Shown piece by piece: positions 53,502-64,000 of a stretch of 64,000 nucleotides of DNA (the first letter of the stretch is position 1; the number at the start of each line of letters is the position of its first letter). Under the pieces are notes generated by a model. That model saw only the letters and a program-made list of their open reading frames with translations, had not been told where the DNA came from and made no database searches. This stretch comes from Selaginella moellendorffii (lineage: Eukaryota; Plantae; Lycopodiophyta): positions 501,771 to 565,770 of the forward strand of contig NW_003314314.1 in the NCBI RefSeq assembly GCF_000143415.4, given 5' to 3'. The translations under genes and the position numbers were made by a program.

Positions 53502-54793
53502 ATGGATCGAAGCAGCAGCAAGAAGCTCAGTAGTAAAGAGAAGAAATTGAAGAGGAAAGAGGTATTAAGTCGCTTCGCTTGTGTGCTTCCGAAGAACACA
53601 CCGCGCATCAAATTGACCGTTTCGTGCTGGTGTTGTAGGAACTTGATCGGAAGAAGGCGATTGATGAAGTTATCCGGATGGCTTACGCCAAGGAGGATCA
53701 CTTGAGCGAGTTCCCGGCCTTCTTGACTTACCAGAGGAGCGGTGCGCGTTTTTCTTCTTTTCTTTCCTTGGAAGATAAATCTTGGCTGTGACACTTTACT
53801 GGTTTTGCTCCTCCAGGATTGAACCTGATCATGCAGCCGCAGTCTGGAGAGACTTTGCCTGCTCCGCTGAAACGTTATATCCAAGCCCTCCTCAAGGTAG
53901 AGTTTCGTGATTGTTCAAAGCTCCGGGCCTTTTCTTTTCTTTGTCTTATGCTTGCGATCTTCCCAGGAAAACATGGAAGGACCTTACGGCTCAGAGTGGC
54001 CAGCGGAGGAGAAAGTGAAGAAGCGGGAAATGGTTGCTTCCGAGGCTCGATACATAATTGTTCGGCAACTGGTGGAGGATCCTGAAAAGCACGATGGACT
54101 CTGGAGAGACGGCGGTGACCCCGTGGTGTCTTTTGTGCAGTTTCGGTTCCTCATCGACGAGGAAATCCCGGTGCTGTATGTGTACGAGCTGCAGCTCGAG
54201 AAGTGCGTCCAGAAGAAAGGCCTTGGAAAATTTCTCATGCAACTCCTCGAGCTGGTTGCGCGAAAGGTTCAGTTCTCTCTCTTTTTTTTTTTATGGTCCT
54301 GGTGTTTCTCATAGAATTTTTCTCGTCCTTTTTACAACTTTCAATGCAGAACAACATGAAGGCAGTGCTTTTAACCGTTCAGAAGAGAAATCTTGCGGCC
54401 ATGGCCTTCTATTCCAAGCTGAAGTAAGCAAAGAAGTCTCTGGTTCCTCTCTCTCGAGCTTTTAATATTTTTCCCATCCCCAGGTACGTGGTCTCCAGCA
54501 TCTCGCCTTCAAGAGTCGATCCACTGGTAGTACTAAAAGTCTTAAAGATCATCAAACTTTCACATATAACGTGCTGCTCTGTCCAGATTGGAGCTGAAAA
54601 GAACTACGAAATTTTGTGCAAGACGTTCGATCCAGAAGCGAAGGCAAAGCTGGAGGTACGTAAAATAAAACTCGATCGATCGATCGAAAACGCAGCGCTT
54701 TAGATGATTTCGTTCTCTCTTGGCCTAACGTTTTCTCTCTTTTTTCTGGCTCGTTCGTCGTTTGGTTTTGTCATCTTCCAGGATGCAAGCTGA
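53502..54793 (+). CDS. NAA40: N-alpha-acetyltransferase 40 (NatD)-like GNAT protein, multi-exon
   Basis: NMEGPYGSEWPAEEKVKKREM; FVQFRFLIDEEIPVLYVYELQLE; GLGKFLMQLLEL; MKAVLLTVQKRN; YEILCKTFD. Confidence 0.88.
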
Positions 54794-55153
54794 GATTCTT
54801 TTGCAGGGATTTGTAGCTATTCAAATTCAATATTCCATTTATTTTTCACTGTTTTCAACTTCGGATAAAGCGAGCGCCCGATCGTACATCCAACGGCCCA
54901 GAGTTGAGCTCATTGTCCGCGCGTCGATGCCGTCCATCTAGCCTGCTCCAATGCTGCCACGTGTGGAAGGTTTTGCGTAGGTGTGAGGTGACCGGGAGGA
55001 GCGTGTTGGCGCTCTAGCGCAATGCTGCCCCTCCTCTCTCGCGCGCGATCGCTCGATCACAGCGGAGAAGCTCCTCCGCGATCGCAGGTAAGTCTCTCGC
55101 CGCGACTCTAGGGTTTACAAATGCGCCAAATGCGGCGGCGTCGACAGTGATCG

Positions 55154-56769
55154 ATGAGGAAGGACCGCGTGCGCAGGATCGTCGCTCTTGTGATCGTGCT
55201 CAATCTCATCCAGCTCGGGTATTTCTTCCTCCACCGATCGATCGAGCAGCAAACTCCAGACAGGGATGAGCAGCTGCCGCCCAAGGCCAGAGTCCATTCC
55301 TACGTCGTCAAGAAATGGTCGCTGGTGGAATCCTACTCTCCATGGCTGCCGGCTGATCGAGGCTCCTCGCATTCCTGCGAGGCCTTTTTCGGGAATGGAT
55401 TCTCGGATTTGCGGAGAGTGGTGGATCATTCCGGGAGCTATGGAGGCTCGTTTCGCTGCTACCATAGCGACGCTCTCAAGACCTCGATCTGCGAGGGGAC
55501 CAAGATGGTGATGCATGCATCGAGAATCTCCATGACCGCTGGAGGGGAGGAGATCGATGCGGTGATTGGAAGGGAGGAGCAGGAGGAGCTGCCAGTGTTC
55601 CAGGTGGGAGCTTTCGAGCTCCAAGTCCCGGACGAGGCGGATGGAAAGGCTTTGGTGGAGGGTGGTCGGCTGGACGAGGTGATCGCGAGAGGTCACGGTG
55701 GCAATCGCCATGGCTTGCGCTCCTTGGTGGAATCCATCCGGACGGTATCTTCCAAGAGCTCGCGCTGCTCCGAGGTAAGTTTTTCCATTTGTTCTTCTCT
55801 CGTCAACTTGTTGGGCTTTTGTTCTTCGTTTTTCCATTGTAGGTGATCACCAAGCCAACGCTGTTCGTCACGAGGTTCGAGTACGCCAATCTCTTCCACA
55901 CCGTCACCGATTGGTATAGCTCCTACGCGAGCTCTCGCGTCGTTGGGCTGGAGGAGCGGCCGATGGTGGTGTTCTTGGATGGGCACTGCAAGGTAAAACG
56001 CGATCAACTCTTTCTTTCGCAGCTACAGTTATTTTTCTCTCTTTTCTTCCAGTCTCCCATGGACGATGGCTGGGAAGCGTTCTTCAGCGGTGTCAAATAC
56101 GCCAAGCACTTTGGCGACAACGTTTGCTTCGACCGCGCCGTATTCGTGCCTCTGGGTTACGAGACAGCTCTCTTCAAGTTCCTGGGGACCGGCCTGGCCT
56201 GCACCGGCAGCTCGCCAGCGGAAGTGGACGCCTCCAAAACAGCAAGGCTCCGAGAGTTCGGCGAGATCTTCTCAGCAGCATTGTCGGGCAGCAATTCCAC
56301 CGAAGAGAATCGCTCCGACGTGATACAGGTCCTACTCATCCGGCGAGAAGACTACTTGGCTCATCCCCGGCACTCCGGAAAGCCGGAGTCGAGGCTGGCA
56401 AACGAAGAGGAGCTGTACAAGGCGATGGTGGATTGGGCCAGCAAAAGAAACAGCGCTGCTGGGGCTCGCAGGAAGATCACGATCTTCAACGGATTGTTTG
56501 CTCACATGAGACTGGCCGAGCAGATCAAAGCGGTGAAGTCTTCGTCGATAATCGTGGGAGTTCATGGAGCTGGGCTTACGCACATCGTGTTTGCGAGGCC
56601 GGGGACGTCGGTGGTGGAGATGCTGAGCCCGTTGTTTATGCGGCCACACTACATGTTTATCTCGCAGTGGATGGGTTTGGATTACCACTCCATTGTCATG
56701 GACGACGCCACCGTGGATTGTAACCAGGTGCTTCGCCACCTTGATAAGGTCATGGCAAAACTTACGTGA
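55154..56769 (+). CDS. XYLT: Beta-1,2-xylosyltransferase (GT61, N-glycan), three exons
   Basis: Type II TM anchor; SCEAFFGNGF; FVTRFEYANLFHTVTDWYS; RREDYLAHPRHSGKPESRLANE; GVHGAGLTH. Confidence 0.92.
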
Positions 56770-56833
56770 AAAAAGATTTGTATGCTTCATGGTTTTATTG
56801 GTGCTTTGATACTTCTACAGGAGATACTATTGC

Positions 56834-57262
56834 CTATGGAAAATACCTTTTCTTGTCTTCCTCCTTGTGTTCTTGATCCATGGACTTCTTGTCCTCCTCC
56901 TCATCCTTGTGATCACCATCCATAGACTTTTGCTCTTCTTCCTCCTTGTGATCATGATCCATGGATTTCTTGCCATCCTGATCACCATACATAGACTTGT
57001 TCTTCTTGCAGAAGATATTGATGTTAATGTTGATGTTGTTATTGTTGTTGCTGTCCCCTCTGTGCTTGCCTCCCTCCCAATCATCCATATCTGCTGAAAG
57101 ATTCACAAGTGAAGAATTGGATGCTGGCTCTACTGCTACTGAAACCCCATAAATCTCAGCTTCATCCAAGAGCTCCCTGGAACTACTTGAAGAAGGAGAA
57201 GAAGACAATGCAATCTGGAAAGTGGAAATCACAAGCACAAGAAACACCAAAACAGCCTTCAT
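56834..57262 (-). CDS. Small secreted repeat protein of unknown function
   Basis: Signal peptide MKAVLVFLVLVISTFQIALS; NNNNINININI tract; four KSM(D/Y)-initiated repeats, three with xHKxE; TATA-like sequence upstream (~57325). Confidence 0.65.
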   Translation of the reverse strand: MKAVLVFLVLVISTFQIALSSSPSSSSSRELLDEAEIYGVSVAVEPASNSSLVNLSADMDDWEGGKHRGDSNNNNNINININIFCKKNKSMYGDQDGKKSMDHDHKEEEEQKSMDGDHKDEEEDKKSMDQEHKEEDKKRYFP

Positions 57263-57796
57263 GGTGAGCTTGATTGAGCTGAGCTTAATGAATTGGTGAT
57301 TAATGGCTGGAAGCTTGAGGCCTTATATGTATCTAAAGTATGCATGCTAGCAATTGCCATGTGTCCATGCAATGCAATTATTCTATAGTAAAAGCTTCTC
57401 TATTGAAATTGACCACTTCCATCGCGGGAGATTTGCATCGCCACCCAACCCTAAATCAGCAAATGATATTATTGGCGTTGCAATGGAAAATACTTTTTCT
57501 TGTGTTGTTCCTGTGCAGCAGATATGATTGTTGCTCCTTGTGCTGCCTCCTTCCTCCCTAATCATCCATCTCTGAAAGATTCACAAGATGCTGGCTCTCC
57601 AGTACAAGCAATTCCTTTTTCTCTATTGATCCAATCGATCGATTGTTCTTTCCAGATTGCATTTCTTCTTCTTCTTCTTAGGAGCTCTTAGAAATTCTTG
57701 TGCGTGAAGCTGATGGCCTCAGATATATGTTTCAACTAGGGACATAAAACATTTGCAAGCTCCAAAAGAACAAGGACCACTTTTGCTTTTCCTCCC

Positions 57797-59650
57797 ATGG
57801 AGCGGTTCAGGCGCTATGACGAGCTGCGGGGATTCATCGGATCTCGAGTGGGCTCGAAGCGTAAGAGATCGCCCGGGAACATTTCACTTGAAGGTGCCAA
57901 AGCTGCGATTGAGGATCTTTTGAAGCTTAATGAAGTTGATCTCATGGATCCGAGCAAATCGACAGCCCTGCCGTATCCCGGTGTAGGTCGTGTGTATTCG
58001 TGTACGAGGCCGGAAGTAATTCTCGACTTCGTGGGTAGAAGGACTGTACGAGAGCTCCTCCTCCGGTGGTACAGCTCTGATCATGACAACGTGATCTATG
58101 GGCCCAAGGGCGTTGGGAAGTCGTCCGACTTCAGAGCGCTCTTCTGCATACTCTTCGGCAAAGTTGGCATCGACAACAAGGTGGCGGCTGGATTAATGCC
58201 GACAACAAAGAACGTGAAGAAGCGGCTAGTTTACCTTGTGGGCGAGATGCTCTTGATCAGTGAAACTGAAGCCATGAGAAACGGTTTGTTGTTTTCATTT
58301 CTGGCGGAGGACCCAGACACCGTGATATCTGCCATTCGAAAGCTTTCTTCTGTGGAAAATGTTATTGATTTCGTGGAGGCTCGTAAGCAGCAGGAGGAGT
58401 TCTACTTCTTCGTGGATGGTGGCGAGAAACTGGAGCCTTTGGACATTTTTCGGGAACCGGCCTGTGACTCCGGGCCGAAGAGCAACATTTCTCACAATTT
58501 GTACCGCCTGTTGTGTACTGGGAAGAGGGTATGGTGTTGCATATCTCACATTGTGCATGACCCTCTATTCTCTATTGTTCCACATCTTGAGTCGTTTGCT
58601 TATGCACAGAGGGGCTTCAGCTGGGTAAGCTTTTGATACTCTAATATTCTTGTCCATCTAACTGATAACGTCGTCACATATCCTATGACAGGTTGAGTAT
58701 TTGACATACGCATCCAGGTGTGTCCTTGGAAAGCTTCAGTATCGGTTGGAAAGCATCGAATACCACACTGGGCTCGTACCCCTTTTTCTGGAGGTACTAT
58801 GTGAGTGCTGTGTGCAATTCACGTTGGAATTGCTCGACTCGGAGATCATAAGTGGTGCCAGCCTCCGGGAAACTATCGTCTTAACAGCATGCTTGGAACC
58901 AAGTGAAGAACAGATGGTGGAGCTGCTTAGTGAGGATGACAACTGGGACCAAGTTCTCCTGAGGTTTGCCCAGCACCGTGAGATTTCAGGGGTTCGCAGG
59001 ATCGCGGAAGCTATTCGGCTTGAAGGCGAATGCCGTGATGCTGCCATGGCCTGTCTCGACTCATCTTACGTGCTGGACCCTGAGAATGGAGTCTACTGCT
59101 CCACCTTTATCAAGAGAATCTACACGAGGGTGGTACCTACCAAGGAAGAGAAAATTAAGCCTTACCGCGATGGAGCTTGGATGGAGTATGTGAGACGGCT
59201 TTTGGAATGTGAAAATGAGGAGATCAATTGGTCAGAATTTGGCTGGCTGTGCGAGGACGTCCTGGCAAATGTAATTCAAAAGAAGGGGCTCGTGCTCGGC
59301 GAACTGAAAATCTCCAGGAACGTCACCGTGGTGGACTTCAACATTGTTCCTTCCCGCCATGTTGAGACCATGTTGAAGATCACCCCCAACAATGGTTATT
59401 TCTACAAGCCGTCGGACGTGCGTTTTCCTTTCGTTGATGCGGTGGTGGCCTGGGTGGACAAGAACTCCCGTCTTCACATTGTGGCTCTCCAGTACACTGT
59501 CAATATCGACGAACACATCAAGTCCTGTTGGCAGTTTATGAGCTTGGAGTATCTGCGCACCTGGTTTCCAGATATTGATAAGTTTGTAACCGCAGACAAC
59601 GTTAAACTCCACTTCGTGTTTATGGGGTGTTCCTCCAAGCCCGAGGACCG
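57797..59650 (+). CDS. Crinkler/RHS-like protein: P-loop NTPase + restriction-endonuclease-fold domain, interrupted by copia insertion
   Basis: Walker A GPKGVGKS; Walker B-like FYFFVDG; C-terminal YKPSDVRFPFVDAVV...LQYTVNIDEH; intron ~58625-58691; last codons of ORF 58701-59678 lie inside the LTR. Confidence 0.65.
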
Positions 59651-59820
59651 TGTAGGGATGCAGATGATAGTTTTCTAGTTAAACGACACACTCTGTTTCC
59701 CCTAACCTACTGCCTTTTCATTTTCTCCATGTAAATATATACAAGTCTTGTGTCCGCTCATTTCAGCGTCCACATAAATCTCTTGCCACCTTGGATTAGA
59801 CTCCAGGCTGGCTATCTACA
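59651..59820 (-). repeat. 3' LTR (170 bp) of the copia element
   Basis: Termini TGTAG...CTACA; directly follows PPT GAGTGGGAG (59829-59821); internal TATA-like sequence at ~59732-59741. Confidence 0.8.
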
Positions 59821-62800
59821 CTCCCACTCAGCCGTGAGAGTCTATAACGCTCATACCTTCACGATGTTGTTGAAACTTATCTTTGCTCAAAGCTTTTGTC
59901 ATAATGTCTGCTGTCATCTGCTTCGTCGAAACATAGCTCAGCTGCACTCTGTTCGCTAGAACCTGCTCTCGAATAAAATGTACCTTTATCTCGAAGTGTT
60001 TGGTGCGGCCATGGAACTTCGGATTTTTCGACAACTCGATCGCGCTTCGATTGTCACAAAACAAAGTCACTGGCTGCTGCACTGGAACACCAATCTGCTC
60101 CAGAAAATCTGTAAGCCACCTCGCTTCTTGAGCTGCTGTTGTTGCACCAATATATTCAGCTTCGGTGGATGAAAGTGCTGTGATTGCTTGTCGCTTGCTG
60201 CTCCAGCTGACAAGTCCACCTTCCAGGAAGAAAAGATATCCTGAGGTTGATCTTCTGGTATCCTTGTCGCCAGCCCAATCTGAGTCTGTAAAGCCGACAA
60301 GTTGCATACTCCTGGAGCTCCCACTGCTGCTAGACACACTGCTACTGCTTCTGTAGCTCAGTCGATATCCTGCTGTTCCTCGCAAATACCTGAAAATTCG
60401 TTTAACAGCGCTCCAATGCACTTCTCCTGGATTCTCAAGAAATCTTGAGACTGCTCCAACTGCAAATCCCAAGTCTGGTCTGGTACTGATGGCTAGATAA
60501 ATAAGGCATCCAACTGCTTGTCGATATGGAACTCTCGCCATCACTGCTTTCTCCTCCTCAGAGTTGGGACTTTGCTCAATAGACAGCACAAGACCTGGAT
60601 CCATTGGCGTTGCCACGGGCTTGCAATCTTGCATGTTGAACTTCTGCAAAATTTCTTCAACATAATGTGCTTGAGAGAGCTCGATGACTGCTGCTTCTCT
60701 GTCCCGAAGCACCTGGATCCCAAGGCAATAAGAAAGACGTCCAGTCGCGGAAATCTCAAACTGAGATAAAAACTGTCGCTCAAAATAGCTGACGATTGTT
60801 GGCGGACGTGCTGCCATAATATTATCATCGACATATAGCGCTAAAATAGAAAATGCGTTTCCAGAGCGAAAAATATACACGTTGCTATCCGCAAAAATCT
60901 TCTTAAAGCCAATGGAAGAAAGAAACCTGTCCATGTGCTCGTACCATGCTCTAGGAGACTGCTTTAAGCCATATAGTGCGCGCTTAAGTCGACATACTTT
61001 CTGCTCCTGTCCTGGAACAATAAATCCATCTGGCTGAGAAATATAGACTTCCTCCTTAAGCTCGCCATATAAGAACGCTGTCTTGATATCAAGCTGATGC
61101 ACTTCCAGATCCCAATATGCTGCAAGACGTAGAATAATTCGTATAGAAGACATTTTTGCCACTGGCGAAAAAGTCTCAGAATAATCCACGCCAGGTACTT
61201 GACTAAATCCTCTCGCTACAAAGCGAGCTCGATATCTAGTCACTGCTCCAGTGGCATCCAATTTACGCTTGAATATCCACTTGGTACTGACGATTTTCCT
61301 GCCTGGTGGAAGAGAAACAAGCTCCCAAACGTTGTTACGGATCAAGGAGTTGTACTCCTCCTGCATAGCGGCCTTCCACTGTCCTGCTTCTGGTGATTGA
61401 AGAGCTGCACAGACTGTGCGTGGTTCACGAGAAAACTGCTCCATCACCGACAGCAATTTAAGGCCGGAGTCTTGAGCATCCTGAGCTGCTTGCGATAAGT
61501 AGCTGACTCTCCCACTGCGTGTGATAGTCCGAAACGGTTTGCCGGGAATAATTGGATCTGCTTCTTGCTGGGATCTTGCAGCCCCGGGAGTACTAGGCTG
61601 TGCTTGCGGCTGCCCTGGTGGAGACTCCTCCTCCTCTGGGTCATCAAACAAACCTGAAAAAATGAAGCCGTCATCAAATGGCGTAACTGCTTCATCTTCT
61701 TGCTCCGGTGTGACAGGACTGGGCTCAAGTGGAGGCTGCTGCTCTGCTTCGACCTGCTGCTGAGGCTGAAGCTGCTGAACTCGCGGCTGCTGCTGGCCGT
61801 GCACTTGCGGCTGCGGCCCAGATGCCCTAGAAACGTCCTCTTCATAAAACAAAACATAGGATGGAGTCTCAGGATTTTTATAACGATGCTTGTAAAGAGA
61901 ATTCTCATCAAACTTGACATCTCTGCTGATAAGAATTGATCTGGTGGCCATGTTGTAAAGACGATAAGCTTTAGTCTCGAGACAATAGCCAACCATGATG
62001 CAAGGAATGCTCTTCGGCTCCAATTTTCTGCGATGACTGTTAGAAACTTTCGCATAAGCTATGCATCCAAAAACTCGTAGATGTCTCAAGCTGGCTTGCT
62101 TCCCGGTCCAAAGACGATAAGGAATATCTGCAAGAGGCTGGGTAGGCACTCGATTGCGAATATATGTGGCTGTATTAATCGCCTCGGCCCAGAACGATAG
62201 TGGCATTCCTGCGTGAATAAGCATGCTACGTGCACTCTCCATAAGAGTCCGGTTCATCCTTTCAGCAACTCCATTTTGAGCAGGACTATCTGGAGCTGTA
62301 AACTGCTGCTGGATACCACTCTCATTGCACAGCTTCATAAAATTTCGTGACTTGTACTCGCCACCTCTGTCACTGCGTAAGGTCTTGAGCTGCTTGCCAA
62401 GAAGATTTTCAGCAGAAGCCTTGTAAACTTTAAAGTGATCAAGAACTTCAGATTTCTTGGCCAAAAGTCTCACGACTGTGTAGCGTGAGTAGTCATCGAT
62501 GAATGTCAAAAAATACCTCATTCCACGATGACTTTGGACATGGAGAGGCCCACACACGTCTGTGTGAACGAGCTCAAGAGGCTGACTGCTCTTGGATTCT
62601 GAAAACTTTGGAAATGATGTGCGTGCTTGTTTTCCTAGCACACAAGCCTCACAAAATTCAAGCTTGCCTGTAAACTCGAATTCTTGTGCATGTGCTTGAT
62701 CTCTGGACACTGCTTTGAGGGCGTCTTCATGCACATGGCCTAGACGCTCATGCCACAACTGGAGATTACTCGCTCGAGTTGAGAGCGCTCGATCTGGCTG

Positions 62801-64000
62801 CTTATCTGGAACAACCATAGTGGCGTCAAGTTTATAAAGTCCAGAATAGCGTTGTCCATAAGCCACTGCTTGATCTGTCTTCTCGTCTCGCATAATAGCC
62901 TGCTTGGCATTAAAAATAAAATAGAAACCGTTGTCAGAAGCTGCACCGATTGAGAAAAGATGATACGCCAAGCCTGGAACAAAATACATGTTCCTGATAT
63001 CTCGTAGCTCTCCTGAGGCCAGCTGTACTTGAACTGTGCCCACTGCTACAACTGAAAGAAGACTCTTGTCTCCTAAACCAACCTGCCTGCCTGTTGAAAT
63101 TTTCCTGAGGTTCAGAAATGCTTCTCGCCTGCCTGTCATGTGCATATTTGCTGCTGTGTCCAGCCAGATCACGTCTTGATCCTGCTGCTGAACAAACACA
63201 GGTTCTGGAATAGCTCTTACCATGAGAGCTCTTGACTGGTTTGTATAACCAGTCCTGGCGTTCTTTCTCCCCAATCCTCGAGGACGCCCTGCTAACCTGT
63301 CTCGGCATTCTCTGGCGTAGTGTCCAACCCGCTTACAATAATTGCACTCACCTTTACGCTCGCGTGAGTTGCTGTCTCCAACATTGCTAGCCCTGAAACT
63401 GCTCGCAGTGTTGCTCGCACCAGCCTTGAAACTGCTAGCGCTGCCTCCTTTACCTGGAGAATTCTTTGTTTGCTTTGAATTGACAAACAAAGCTGTGGTT
63501 GTGTTTGTATCTGCGGGTGTTTGGTCTTCGGCTGGTTCTTCTTCATTGATAAGAGCTGCTTGCATTTCAATGAAGGTTTTTGTTGAGTTCTTGAGCATAG
63601 TCTTCAGTGATTTGAATTCTGGGCGAACCAAAGCATTGAGAAGAACTGCTCGCTTATCATTCTCGGTGACTGCTTCACCTAGACTTGACAGCTGGGAGAG
63701 CACCGACTTCAGCCTTCCTAGAAAAGCTGCTGGAGTCTCGTCCGCTGCCATTTTTAAGCCAAAAAGTTTAGACTTTAACTCAACCTTTGAAATCTCTGCA
63801 CTAGCTTGGTTCCCGAATACGTTCTTCAAGGCTGTCCAGTTCTCTTCTGCGGTCTTCGTGATATCCAGGTGGTGGTGGTGCAATTTGCCCAAGCCAATCC
63901 CCATGGTGGAGACTGCCTTATCGTTTCTGACCTGCCACTCGTCTTCGTCGCTTGCCGCTGACTTCGGCTCTGTCCCTTGGACAATTCTGAGACAGTTGTC
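59651..64000 (-). mobile_element. Ty1/copia LTR retrotransposon with an uninterrupted gag-pol ORF (continues past window end)
   Basis: Zinc knuckle CNYCKRVGHYAREC; protease WLDTAA; integrase (HERLGH, CEAC, VHTDVCGP, SDRGGEY, QNGVAER); RT (LDIKTAFL, YVDD); RNase H (TDSDWAG, STEAEY, CDN). Frame stays open from 63904 to 64000. Confidence 0.97.

Overview
Gene-dense plant nuclear DNA with very short (~50-60 bp) GT-AG introns and PLS-class PPR genes, typical of a lycophyte (Selaginella-like; inference from sequence style). 1-17.4 kb is a rearranged tandem array: the 3' end of a chromodomain Ty3/gypsy element, then two degenerate copies of a unit [PPR pseudogene with an internal inversion carrying a CASTOR/POLLUX exon + AT-rich secreted bulb-lectin gene + spacer], then the intact PLS-E PPR gene. 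The second spacer holds a solo LTR and a Cassandra-like TRIM whose LTRs contain 5S rRNA promoter sequence. 17.4-57 kb is a run of conserved genes: CASTOR/POLLUX channel, a small conserved protein, tRNA-Arg(ACG), F-box protein 7, BAHD acyltransferase, PPR-DYW, LCAT-like, ATAD3, GH9, ChaC/GGCT2, a zinc-ribbon membrane protein, SEC O-GlcNAc transferase, NAA40 and beta-1,2-xylosyltransferase, with TE relics between them. The window ends with a Crinkler/RHS-like NTPase + REase-fold gene interrupted by an intact short-LTR Ty1/copia element. Most notable: (1) a PPR-DYW:WW deaminase whose spliced N-terminus is an OSB-type PDF ssDNA-binding motif with no visible transit peptide; (2) the Crinkler-like NTPase-nuclease; (3) the Cassandra-like 5S TRIM with its empty site; (4) the secreted unknown-domain + bulb-lectin fusion; (5) a long SEC intron with internal splice signals. 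All family calls are by motif recognition only; no searches were run.
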